Below the pieces are notes generated by a model. The model saw only the letters and a list, made by a program, of their open reading frames with translations, did no database searches and was not told where the DNA came from. The position numbers and the translations under genes are program-made. Of a stretch of 64,000 bases of DNA, positions 26,501 through 40,208 are shown piece by piece. The stretch lies in contig CP086569.2 of NCBI GenBank assembly GCA_009914755.4, positions 11,872,001-11,936,000 on the forward strand, written 5' to 3'. Position 1 is the stretch's first letter. Every line of letters starts with the position of its first letter. The stretch comes from the human T2T-CHM13v2.0 reference genome, Homo sapiens.

Positions 26501-29112
26501 AAGGAATGGAATGGAATGGAGTGGACTCAAAAGGAATGGACTCGAAAGGAATGAAGTCCAACCAAATTGAATCAAATGGATTGGAGTCGAACAGAATGGA
26601 ATGGAATGTTGTGAACTCGACTGGAGTAGAGAGGAATGTAAAGGAATAGAATGGAATGTAATCAAATGGATTGCAAGTGAATGGAATCAAAAGTAATAGA
26701 AAGGAATGGAGTGTAAAGGGATGATATTGAATATAATGGAATGGAATGGAATTTAATGGAATGGAGACGAAGGAATGGACAGGAATGTAATGGACTCCAA
26801 TGGAATGGAATGGATCAAAATGGATTTGAACAGATTGGAATCGAACGGAATGGAATGCAATGGAATGGAATGGACTCGAATGGAGAAGAGACAAATGGAA
26901 TGGAAACGAATTCAATGGAATTGAAAAGAATAGGATGGAATGGCGTGTAATGGTAAGATACTAAGTGGAATGGAATTGAATGGAATGCAATGGACCCAAA
27001 TGTAATGCACTCGAAAGGAATATACTCAAATAGAATGGAATCGAAAGGAAAGGTCTCAAATGGAATTTATTCAATACAATGGAATCGAATGGAATGCAAT
27101 AGAATGGAATGGAATCGAATGTAATGGAATCAAATAGAATGGACCAGAATGGAATGGACTGCCATAGAACGGACTGCAGTGTAATGGATTGAATCCTAAA
27201 TCATTCAAATGGAATGGAATTGAATGGAATGGAATACAAAGGAATGGATAGGATTGAACTGGAATGGAATAGCATGGAATGCAACGGAGTGGAATGGAGT
27301 TGAATGAAGTGGAATGGAATCGATTGGAATGGAATCAAATGGAATGGACGGGAATGGAATGGACTGGAAGAGAACAGACTGGAATTTAATGGATTGCACT
27401 GTAATTGATTCAAATGGAATGGAATCGAATGGAATGTAATAAAATTGAAGGGATTTGAGTTCAATGCAATGGAATAGAATGGAATGCAAAGGAAAGGAAA
27501 GGTACGGAGTGAAATCGAGTGTAACGGAATCGAATGGAATGAAATGGAATGGAATGGACTCAAAAGAAATGGAAGAGGGACAAAACGGAATCGAACTGAT
27601 TGGAATCGAACGGAACGGAATGGAATGGAATGGTCTCCATTGGATCGGAGTAGAACGGGCTGGAATGGAATGGAATGAAATGGAATGGAAAGGAATAGAA
27701 TGGAATGGAATGGAATGGAATGGAATGGAATGGAAGGTAATGGAAAGATATTGAACGGATTGGAAAGGAATGGAATGGACCCTAATGGAATGGAATGGAA
27801 TTCAACAGAAACGAATGGAATGGACTGGAGTGAAATGGAGTCGAATGTAATTGACTGGAGTGGAATGGACTCGAAAGGAATGGACTCGAATAGAATGGAC
27901 TGGAATGGATTGTACTCGAATGGAGTGGAAAGGAATACAATGGATTCCACCAGATTGGAATGGAACAGAATGTAATGGAATGGAATGGAATGCAATGGAA
28001 TAGCTCCAATGGAATGGAGTCGAATGCAATGGAACAGAAAGGAAAGGAATTGAATGGAATTGAAAGGAATAGAACAAAATGGAGTGCAAAGGAAAGATAT
28101 CGAATGGAATGGATCGAAAAGAAATCGAATGGAATGGACAGGAATGGAATGGAATAGAATGGAATAGACAGGCGTGCAATGAAAACGAATGGAATGGAAA
28201 CGAATGGAATGCAATGGAAAGGAATGGAGTAGAATAAATACTATGGAATGGAATGGAGGCGAAAGGAAAAGAATGGATTGGAATGTCACCGAATGGAAAG
28301 CTATGGAATGGAAAGGAATGGATACGAATGGAATGGAATAGAAAGGAACGGAAAGGTAAAGAATGGAATGGAATCGGATAGAATGGAATGCAATGTAATG
28401 GAGTCGAATGGAAAATAATCGTGTAGAATGATATCGAATGGAATGGAATTGAATGGAATGGAATGGAATGGACTCGAATGGAATGTACTCAAATGGATTA
28501 GAATAGAATGGAATGGAACTAAACGTAATGAACTCGAATGGAATGGACAGAAATAGAATGGAAGAGAAAGGAATGGTATTGAATGGAATTTATTCGAATA
28601 GAGTGGAATTCAATGGAATGCAACAGTGTGGCATGGAATCAAATGGAATGGAATCGAATGGAATGGACCCGAGTGGAATGGACTCACATAGAACAGCCTC
28701 GAATGTAATGGATGACAATGTATTAGATTCGAAAGGACTGAAATCGAATGGAATGTAATCAAGTAGAACGGAATTGAATGCATGGAATGGCATAGAAAGT
28801 AACGCAATGGAATGGAATAGACTGGAATGGAATGGAATCGGATGGAATGTAATGAAATGTAATGGAAGGAATGCCATGGAATGGAATGGAATGGAATGCA
28901 ATGGGACGGTGTATAATGGAGTGCAATGGATTTCAGTGGAATGTAGTCCAAAGGAAAGAAATAGAATGGAATTCAATATAATGGAATGGCATCCAATGGC
29001 AAGGAATGGAGCGGACTCCAATGGAAACGACATGAAAGTAATATAATATAATGGAAAGGCATTGAACGAAATGGAATGCAATGGAGTTAAAAGGTAAAAT
29101 ATCGAATGGAAA
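23522..29112 (+). repeat. HOR unit 5: 5591 bp, subtype A, ~99.7% identical to unit 3.
   Basis: The 314-aa reverse-frame ORFs 12987..13931 and 24082..25026 differ at 3 residues. Landmarks are at 23522 and 29113. Confidence 0.85.
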
Positions 29113-32100
29113 AGAATTGAATGGACTCGAAAGGAATATAATGGAATGGAATGGACTCGAATGGAATGTACTAGAGTTGAATGGAATCGAATGGAATGGA
29201 AAACAATGGAAAGGAAAGGAAGGGAATTGAAAGGAAAGGAATAGAATGGAATGGAATCGGATGGAACAGAATTGAATGGAATGGAAACTAAAGGAATAGA
29301 ATAGAAAGGAATCGCATTGAATGGAATGGAATGGAATGGAATCAGATGGAACAGAAAGGAATGGAATAGAATCGAATGGAATGGCATCGAATGGATGGAA
29401 TGGAATGGAATGGAATAGAAAGGAATGGAATGGACTCGAATGGAATGTACTCAAATGGAATAGAATAGAATGGAATGGAAGTAAATATAATGGACTCGAA
29501 TGGAATGCATTGGAATAAATTGGAATTGAGTGTATTGGATTCGAATGGAAAGGAAAGGAATGGAATGGAATGGAAAGGAATGGAATGGAATGGATTCGAA
29601 TGGAATGGAATCGAATGGAATGGAACGAATTGGAATGTAATTGAATGGAGTCAAAAACAGTAGAAAGTAATAAAGTTTCATCGAATGATATCGAATGGAA
29701 TTGAATGGAATGTACGCGAAGGGAATGGACAGGAATGGAATGGAGTGACATGTAACGGAATCGAAAGGAATGGAATCCAATGAAATGGAATTGAATGGAA
29801 TAGAAATGAATAGAATGGAATGGAGATTAATGGAAAGATATTAAAATAATGGAATGGAATTGAGTGGACACGAATGGAAAGGACTGGAATGGAAAGGACT
29901 CGAATGAAATGGACCACATTAGAATGGACTCGAATGGAATGGATTGGAGTGGAATGGTCTCGAATGGATTGGAAAGGAATGGAATGCAAAGGAATAGAAT
30001 GGAATGTAATCAAATGGAACGAAATGGAATGGAATGGATTCGACTGGAGCAGAATTGAATGGAGTGGAATTGAATGGAATGGAATGCAATCGAATGGAAT
30101 GGACACGAATCGAATAGAATGAAATGAAAAGGCATAGAATGGAATGGAATGGAATGGAATGGAATGGAATGGATTGGAATGGGATGGGCCCAAAAGTAAT
30201 AGACTCAAATAAAAGGGACTCAAATAGAATGAACTGGAAAGAAACGGTCTCGAATGTAATTTATTCGAATAGAATGATATTGAATGGAATGCAACAGTAT
30301 GGAATGGTATCGCATAGAATGGAATAGAATAGAATGGAATGGAACGGAATGGAGTGCAATTGAACGGACTCAAATGCAATAAATTGCAATATAATTGATT
30401 CAAATGGAATGGAATCGAATAGAATGTAAACAAATGGAATGGAAGGCAATGCAATGGAAAGGAATCGAATGAAATGGAATAAATGGAATGGAATGGAATG
30501 GAAAGGACGCGAATATATTGGACTGTTAAGGAAAGGTGTCAAATCGAATTTATTCCAATAGAATGGAATCGAATGGAATGCAATACTATTGAATCGAATC
30601 GAATGGAATGGAATTGAATGGAATGGACAGGAATGGAATGAACTGGAAGTGAATGGACAGGAACGTAATATATTGCAATGTAATTTATTCAAATGGAATG
30701 GAATGCAATCGAATGGAATGGACTCGATTGGAATGGACTGGAGTGGAATGTACTCAAATGGAATGGCAAGGAATGGAATGGAATGGAATGGAAAGCAAAG
30801 GAATCTACTGGAATAGAATCGAACGGAACAGAAAGGAATGGAATGGAATGGAGTGGAATGGACTCGAATGGAATGTATTCGAATGTAATGGACCTAAAAA
30901 GGAATGGAATCCAATGGAATGGAATTGAATGGAATCAAAAGGAATAGAAAGGAATAGAGTGTAATTGAATATCGAAAGGAAGGGAATGGAATGAACTCGA
31001 ATGGAATGCACTGGAATGGAATGGACTCGATCAGAACGGACTGGAGAGGAATGTACACAAATGGAATGGAATGAAATGGAATGGAATGCAATGGAATTGA
31101 AAGGAACGGAATCAAATGGAATGGAATGGAATGGAATGGATTGGAATAGAATGTATTCAAATAAAATAGAATCGATGGGAATGCTATTGAATGAAAGGGA
31201 CTTGAATGGAATGGAAAGCAATGGAAGATATTGGAATCGAATGGCATCGAATGAAATGGAATGGAACGGAATGGAACGGAACCGAATGGAATGGAATGGA
31301 CTCAAATGTAACGGACACCAATGGAATCGACTGAAATATAATAGTGTCGAAAGGAATGGCCTCGAGCGGAATTTATTTGAATAGAATGGAATCAAATGGA
31401 ATACAATACCATTGAATGGAATCGAATGGTATGGAATCGAATGGAATGTAATCAAATGGAATGGAACGGAATTCAATATAATGGAGTAGAATGGAATGTA
31501 TTGGAAAGGAGCAGAGTGGAATCAAGTGGAATGGAATCGAGTGGAATGGAATCAATGGGAACAAAATCGAATTGAATGGACTTGAATGGAACTGACTCGA
31601 AAGGAATGGACTGGAACAAAAAGGAATCAAATGGACAGGAATGGGATGGAATGGACACGAATGGAATGGAGTCAAATGCAAACGCATCGAATGGAATGGA
31701 TTCAAATGGAATGCAATGGAATGGAAGAGAAAGGAAGAGAATGGAATTGAGAGTAATGGAAAGATATCGATTGGAATGAAATGGAATGGAAAGGAATTGA
31801 ATGGAAAGGAAGGGAGTGGAAAGAAATGGATTGGAATGGAACGGTCTCCAATGGAATGGACTGGAGTGGAATGGAATCGAATGGAATGAAAAGAATGGAA
31901 CGGAATGGAACGGAAAGGAATAGAATGTTATGGAATCCGATTGGACAGAATGGAATGGAATGGAGTTTCATGAAATGGAGTCGAATAGAGTGGCATCAAA
32001 AGGAATGGAATGGAATGGAGTGGACTCAAAAGGAATGGACTCGAAAGGAATGGAGTCCAACCAAATTGAATGAAATGGATTGGAGTCGAACAGAATGGAA

Positions 32101-34611
32101 TGGAATGGAATGAACTCGACTGGAGTAGAGAGGAATGTAAAGGAATAGAATGGAATGTAATCAAATGGATTGCAAGTGAATGGAATCAAAAATAATAGAA
32201 AGGAATGGAGTGTAAAGGGATCATATTGAATATAATGGAATGGAATGGAATTTAATGGAATGGAGTTGAAGGAATGGACAGGAATGTAATGGACTCCAAT
32301 GGAATGGAATGGATGAAAATGGATTTGAACAGATTGGAATCGAACGGAATGGAATGCAATGGAATGGAATGGACTCGAATGGAGAAGAGACAAATGGAAT
32401 GGAAACGAATTCAATGGAATTGAAAAGAATAGGATGGAATGGCGTGTAATGGTAAGATACTAAATGGAATGGAATTGAATGGAATGGAATGGACCCAAAT
32501 GTAATGCACTCGAAAGGAATATACTCAAATAGAATGGAATCGAAAGGAAAGGTCTCAAATGGAATTTATTCAATACAATGGAATCGAATGGAATGCAATA
32601 GAATGGAATGGAATCGAATGTAATGGAATCAAATAGAATGGACCAGAATGGAATGGACTGCCATAGAACGGACTGCAGTGTAATGGATTGAATTCTAATT
32701 CATTCAAATGGAATGGAATTGAATGGAATGGAATCCAATGGAATGGATAGGATTGTACTGGAATGGAATAGCATGGAATGCAACGGAGTGGAATGGAGTT
32801 GAATGAAGTGGAATGGAATCGATTGGAATGGAATCAAATGGAATGGACGGGAATGGAATGGACTGGAAGAGAACAGACTCGAATTTAATGGATTGCACTG
32901 TAATTGATTCAAATGGAATGGAATCGAATGGAATGTAATAAAATTGAAGGGATTTGAGTTCAATGCAATGGAATAGAATGGAATGCAAAGGAAAGGAAAG
33001 GAACGGAGTGAAATCGAGTGTAATGGAATCGAATGGAATGAAATGGAATGGAATGGACTCAAAAGAAATGGACGAGGGACAAAACGGAATCGAACTGATT
33101 GGAATCGAACGGAACGGAATGGAATGGAATGGTCTCCATTGGATTGGAGTAGAACGGACTGGAATGGAATGGAATGAAATGGAATGGAAAGGAATAGAAT
33201 GGAACGGAATGGAATGGAATGGAATGGAATGGAAGGTAATGGAAAGATATCGAACGGATTGGAAAGGAATGGAATGGACCCTAATGGAATGGAATAGAAT
33301 TCAACAGAAACGAATGGAATGGACTGGAGTGAAATGGAGTCGAATGTAATTGACTGGAGTGGAATGGACTCGAAAGGAATGGACTCGAATAGAATGGACT
33401 GGAATGGATTGTACTCGAATGGAGTGGAAAGGAATACAATGGATTCCACCAGATTGGAATGGAACAGAATGTAATGGAATGGAATGGAATGCAATGGAAT
33501 AGCTCCAATGGAATGGAGTCGAATGCAATGGAACAGAAAGGAAAGGAATTGAATGGAATTGAAAGGAATAGAACAAAATGGAGTGCAAAGGAAAGATATC
33601 GAATGGAATGGATCGAAAAGAAATCGAATGGAATGGACAGGAATGGAATGGAATAGAATGGAATAGACTGGCGTGCAATGAAAACGAATGGAATGGAAAC
33701 GAATGGAATGCAATGGAAAGGAATGGAGTAGAATAAATACTATGGAATGGAATGGAGGCGAAAGGAAAAGAATGGATTGGAATGTCACCGAATGGAAAGA
33801 TATGGAATGGAAAGGAATGGATACGAATGGAATGGAATAGAAAGGAACGGAAAGGTAAAGAATGGAATGGAATCGGATAGAATGGAATGCAATGTAATGG
33901 AGTCGAATGGAAAATAATCGTGTAGAATGATATCGAATGGAATGGAATTGAATGGAATGGAATGGAATGGACTCGAATGGAATGTACTCAAATGGATTAG
34001 AATAGAATGGAATGGAACTAAACGTAATGAACTCGAATGGAATGGACACAAATAGAATGGAAGAGAAAGGAATGGTATTGAATGGAATTTATTCGAATAG
34101 AGTGGAATTCAATGGAATGCAACAGTGTGGCATGGAATCAAATGGAATGGAATCGAATGGAATGGACCCGAGTGGAATGGACTCACATAGAACAGCCTCG
34201 AATGTAATGGATGACAATGTATTAGATTCGAAAGGACTGAAATCGAATGGAATGTAATCAAGTAGAACGGAATTGAATGCATGGAATGGCATGGAAAGTA
34301 ACGCAATGGAATGGAATAGACTGGAATGGAATGGAATCGGATGGAATGTAATGAAATGTAATGGAAGGAATGCCATGGAATGGAATGGAATGGAATGCAA
34401 TGGGACGGTGTATAATGGAGTGCAATGGATTTCAGTGGAATGTAGTCCAAAGGAAAGAAATATAATGGAATTCAATAAAATGGAATGGCATCCAATGGCA
34501 AGGAATGGAGCGGACTCCAATGGAAACGACATGAAAGGAATATAATATAATGAAATGGCATTGAACGAAATGGAATGCAATGGAGTTAAAAGGTAAAATA
34601 TCGAATGGAAA
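29113..34611 (+). repeat. HOR unit 6: 5499 bp, subtype B, near-identical to unit 4.
   Basis: The 223-aa reverse-frame ORFs 19715..20386 and 30805..31476 are identical. Landmarks are at 29113 and 34612. Confidence 0.85.
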
Positions 34612-37600
34612 AGAATTGAATGGACTCGAAAGGAATATAATGGAATGGAATGGACTCGAATGGAATGTACTAGAGTTGAATGGAATCGAATGGAATGGAA
34701 AACAATGGAAAGGAAAGGAAGGGAATTGAAAGGAAAGGAATAGAATGGAATGGAATCGGATGGAACGGAATTGAATGGAATGGAAACTAAAGGAATAGAA
34801 TAGAAAGGAATCGCATTGAATGGAATGGAATGGAATGGAATCAGATGGAACAGAAAGGAATGGAATAGAATCGAATGGAATGGCATCGAATGGATGGAAT
34901 GGAATGGAATGGAATGGAATAGAAAGGTATGGAATGGACTCGAATGGAATGTACTCAAATGGAATAGAATAGAATGGAATGGAAGTAAATATAATGGACT
35001 CGAATGGAATGCATTGGAATAAATTGGAATTGAGTGTATTGGATTCGAATGGAAAGGAATGGAATGGAATGGAATGGAGTGGAATGGATTGGAATGGAAT
35101 GGAATCGAATGGAATTTAACGAATTGTAATGTAATTGAATGGAGTCAAAAACGGTAGAAAGAAATAGAGTTTCATCGAATGATATCGAATGGAATTGAAT
35201 GGAATGTACGCGAATGGAATGGACCGGAATGGAATGGAGTGACATGTAACGGAATCGAAAGGAATGGAATCCAATGAAATGGAATTGAATGGAATAGAAA
35301 TGAATAGAATGGAATGGAGATTAATGGAAAGATATTAAAATAATGGAATGGAATTGAGTGGATACGAATGGAATGGACTGGAATGGAAAGGACTCGAATG
35401 AAATGGAGCGCATTAGAATGGACTCGAATGGAATGGATTGGAGTGGAATGGTCTCGAATGGATTGGAAAGGAATGGAATGGAAAGGAATAGAATGGAATG
35501 TAATCAAATGGAACGAAATGGAATGGAATGGATTCGACTGGAGCAGAATTGAATGGAGTGGAATTGAATGGAATGGAATGCAATCGAATGGAATGGACAC
35601 GAATCGAATAGAATGAAATGAAATGGCATAGAATGGAATGGAATGGAATAGAAAGGAATGGAATGGAATGGAACGGAATGGAATGGCATGGAATGGAATG
35701 GCATGGCATGGAATGGAATGGAATGGAATGGAATGAAATGGATTGGACGGGGATGGGCCCAAAAGTAATAGACTCAAATAAAAGGGACTCAAATAGAATG
35801 AAGTGGAAAGAAACGGTCTCGAATGTAATTTATTCGAATAGAATGATATTGAATGGAATGCAATAGTATGGAATGGTATCGAATATAATGGAATAGAATG
35901 CAATGGAATGGAACGGAATGGAGTGCAATTGAACGGACTCAAATGCATTAAATTGCAACATAATTGATTCAAATGGAATGGAATCGAATAGAATGTAAAC
36001 AAATGGAATGGAAGGCAATGCAATGGAAAGCAATCGAATGAAATGGAATAAATGGAATGGAATGGAATGGAATGGAAAGGACGCGAATATATTGGACAGT
36101 TAAGGAAAGGTGTCAAATCGAATTTATTCCAATAGAATGGAATCGAATGGAATGCAATACTATTGAATCGAATCGAATGAAATGGAATTGAATGGAATGG
36201 ACAGGAATGGAATGACCTGGAAGTGAATGGACAGGAACGTAGTATATTGCAATGTAATTTATTCTAATGGAATGGAATGCAATCGAATGGAATGGACTCG
36301 ATTGGAATGGACTGGAGTGGAATGGACTCAAATGGAATGGCAAGGAATGGAATGGAATGGAATGGAAAGCAAAGGAATCTACTGGAATAGAATCGAACGG
36401 AACAGAATGGAATGGAATGTAATGGAGTGGAATGGACTCGAATGGAATGTATTCGAATGTAATGGACCTAAAAAGGAATGGAATCCAATGGAATGGAATT
36501 GAATGGAATCAAAAGGAATAGAAAGGAATAGAGTGTAATTGAATGATATCGAAAGGAAGGGAATGGCATGAACTCGAATGGAATGCACTGGAATGGAATG
36601 GACTCGATCAGAACGGACCGGAGAGGAATGTACACAAATGGAATGGAAACGAATGGAATGGAATGAAATGGAATGGAATGAAATGGAATTGAAAGGAACG
36701 GAATCAAATGGAATGGAATGGAATGGAATGGATTGGAATAGAATGGATTCAAATAAAATAGAATCGATGGGAATGGTATTGAATGAAAGGGACTTGAATG
36801 GAATGGAAAGCAATGGAAGATATTGGAATCGAATGGCATCGAATGAAATGGAATGGAACGGAATGGAACGGAACCGAATGGAATGGAATGGACTCAAATG
36901 TAATGGACACCAATGGAATCGACTGAAATATAATAGTATTGAAAGGAATGGCCTCGAGCGGAATTTATTTGAATAGAATGGAATCAAATGGAATACAATA
37001 CCATTGAATGGAATCGAATGGAATGGAATCGAATGGAATGTAATCAAATGGAATGGAACGGAATTCAATATAATGGAGTAGAATGGAATGCATTGGAAAG
37101 GAGCAGAGTGGAATCAAGTGGAATGGAATCGAGTGGAATGGAATCAATGGGAACAAAATCGAATTGAATGGACTTGAATGGAATTGACTCGAAAGGAACG
37201 GACTGGAACAAAAAGGAATCAAATGGACAGGAATGGGATGGAATGGACACGAATGGAATGGAGTCAAATGCAAACGCATCGAATGGAATGGATTGAAATG
37301 GAATGCAGTGGAATGGAACAGAAAGGAAGAGAATGGAATTGAGAGTAATGGAAAGATATCGATTGGAATGAAATGGAATGGAAAGGAATTGAATGGAAAG
37401 GAATGGAGTGGAAAGAAATGGATTGGAATGGAATGGTCTCCAATGGAATGGACTGGAGTGGAATGGAATCGAATAGAATGAAAAGAATGGAACGGAATGG
37501 AACGGAAAGGAATAGAATGTTATGGAATCCGATTGGACAGAATGGAATGGAATGGAGTTTCATGAAATGGAGTCGAATAGAGTGTCATCAAAAGGAATGG

Positions 37601-40208
37601 AATGGAATGGAGTGGACTCAAAAGGAATGGACTCGAAAGGAATGAAGTCCAACCAAATTGAATCAAATGGATTGGAGTCGAACAGAATGGAATGGAATGG
37701 AATGAACTCGACTGGAGTAGAGAGGAATGTAAAGGAATAGAATGGAATGTAATCAAATGGATTGCAAGTGAATGGAATCAAAAATAATAGAAAGGAATGG
37801 AGTGTAAAGGGATGATATTGAATATAATGGAATGGAATGGAATTTAATGGAATGGAGACGAAGGAATGGACAGGAATGTAATGGACTCCAATGGAATGGA
37901 ATGTATCAAAATGGATTTGAACAGATTGGAATCGAACGGAATGGAATGCAATGGAATGGAATGGACTCGAATGGAGAAGAGACAAATGGAATGGAAACGA
38001 ATTCAATGGAATTGAAAAGAATAGGATGGAATGGCGTGTAATGGTAAGATACTAAATGGAATGGAATTGAATGGAATGGAATGGACCCAAATGTAATGCT
38101 CTCGAAAGGAATATACTCAAATAGAATGGAATCGAAAGGAAAGGTCTCAAATGGAATTTATTCAATACAATGGAATCGAATGGAATGCAATAGAATGGAA
38201 TGGAATCGAATGTAATGGAATCAAATAGAATGGACCAGAATGGAATGGACTGCCATAGAACGGACTGCAGTGTAATGGATTGAATTCTAATTCATTCAAA
38301 TGGAATGGAATTGAATGGAATGGAATCCAATGGAATGGATAGGATTGTACTGCAATGGAATAGCATGGAATGCAACGGAGTGGAATGGAGTTGAATGAAG
38401 TGGAATGGAATCGATTGGAATGGAATCAAATGGAATGGACGGGAATGGAATGGACTGGAAGAGAACAGACTCGAATATCATGGATTGCAATGTAATTGAT
38501 TCAAATGGAATGGAATCGAATGGAATGTAATAAAATTGAAGGGATTGGAGTTCAATGCAATGGAATTGAATGGAATGCAAAGGAAAGGAAAGGCACGGAG
38601 TGAAATCGAGTGTAATGGAATCGAATGGAATGAAATCGAATGGAATGGACTCAAAAGAAATGGACGAGGGACAAAACGGAATCGAACTGATTGGAATCGA
38701 ATGGAACGGAATGGAATGGAATGGACTCCATTGGATGGGAGTAGAACGGATTGGAATGAAATGGAATGGAAAGGAATAGAATGGAATGGAAAGGAAGGGA
38801 AGGTAACGGAAAGATATCGAACGGATTGGAAAGGAATGGAATGGACGCTAATGGAATGGATTGGAATTCAACAGAAACGAATGGAATGGACTGGAGTGAA
38901 ATGGAGTCGAATGTAATTGACTGGAGAGGAATGGACTCGAAAGGAATGGACTCGAATAGAATGGACTGGAATGGATTGTACTCGAATTGAGTGGAAAGGA
39001 ATAAAATGGATTCCACCAGATTGGAATGGAACAGAATGTAATGGAATGGAATGGAATGCAATGGAATGGCTCGAATGGAATGGAGTCGAATGCAATGGAA
39101 GAGAAAGGAAAGGAATTGAATGGAATTGAAAGTAATAGAATTAAAAGGAGTGCAAAGGAAAGATATCGAATGGAATGGATCGAAAAGAAATAGAATGGAA
39201 TGGACATGAATGGAATGGAATAGAATGGAATAGACTGGCGTGCAATGAAAACGAATGGAATGGAAACAAATGGAATGGAATGGAAAGGAATGGAGTAGAA
39301 TAAATACTATGGAATGGAATGGAATGGAATGGAATGGAATGGAATGGAGGCGAAAGGAAAAGAATGGATTGGAATGTCAACGAATGGAAAGATATGGAAT
39401 GGAAAGGAATGGATACGAATGGAATGGAATAGAAAGGAATGGAAAGGTAAAGAATGGAATGGAATCGGACAGAATGGAATGCAATGTAATGGAGTCGAAT
39501 GGAAAATAATCGAGTAGAATGATATCGAATGGAATGGAATTTAATGTAATGGAATGGAATGGAATGGACTCGAATGGCATGTACTCAAATGGATTAGAAT
39601 AGAATGGAATGGAACTAAACGTAATGAACTCGAATGGAATGGACACAAATAGAATGGAAGAGAAAGAAATGGTATTGAATGGAATTTATTCGAATAGAAT
39701 GGAATTCAATGGAATGCAACAGTGTGGCATGGAATCAAATGGAATGGAATCGAATGGAATGGACCCGAGTGGAATGGACTCACATAGAACAGCCTCGAAT
39801 ATAATGGATGACAATGTATTAGATTCGAAAGGACTGAAATCGAATGGAATGTAATCAAATAGAACGGAATTGAATGCATGGAATGGCATAGAAAGTAATG
39901 CAATGGAATGGAATAGACTGGAATGGAATGGAATCGGATGGAATGTAATGAAATGTTATGGAAGGAATGCTATGGAATGGAATGGAATGGAATACAATGG
40001 GACGGTGTATAATGGAGTGCAATGGATTTCAGTGGAATGTAGTCAAAAGGAATGAAATAGAATGGAATTCAATATAATGGAATGGCACCCAATGGCAAGG
40101 AATGGAGCGGACTCCAATGGAAAAGACATGAAAGGAATATAATATAATGGAATGGCATTGAACGAAATGGAATGCAATGGAGTTAAAAGGTAAAATATCG
40201 AAGGGGAA
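34612..40208 (+). repeat. HOR unit 7: 5597 bp. Subtype A up to ~38.2 kb, then switching to the diverged HOR variant seen in units 8-9.
   Basis: 37832..38041 still matches unit 5 (1 aa difference). From 38296 onward the sequence (e.g. MHSIQFHCIELQSLQFYY...) matches units 8/9 (56226, 61783) rather than units 3-6. Confidence 0.7.

Larger units (their letters stand above)
12427..38200 (+). repeat. Homogenised domain: an ~11.09 kb dimeric super-HOR in which A (5591 bp) and B (~5500 bp) units alternate, ~2.3 dimers.
   Basis: Unit lengths run 5591, 5504, 5591, 5499, 5597. Alternate units are ≥99.5% identical and adjacent units ~97-98%. The same landmark ORFs recur at +11095 and +11090 (12631, 23726, 34816). 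Confidence 0.8.
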
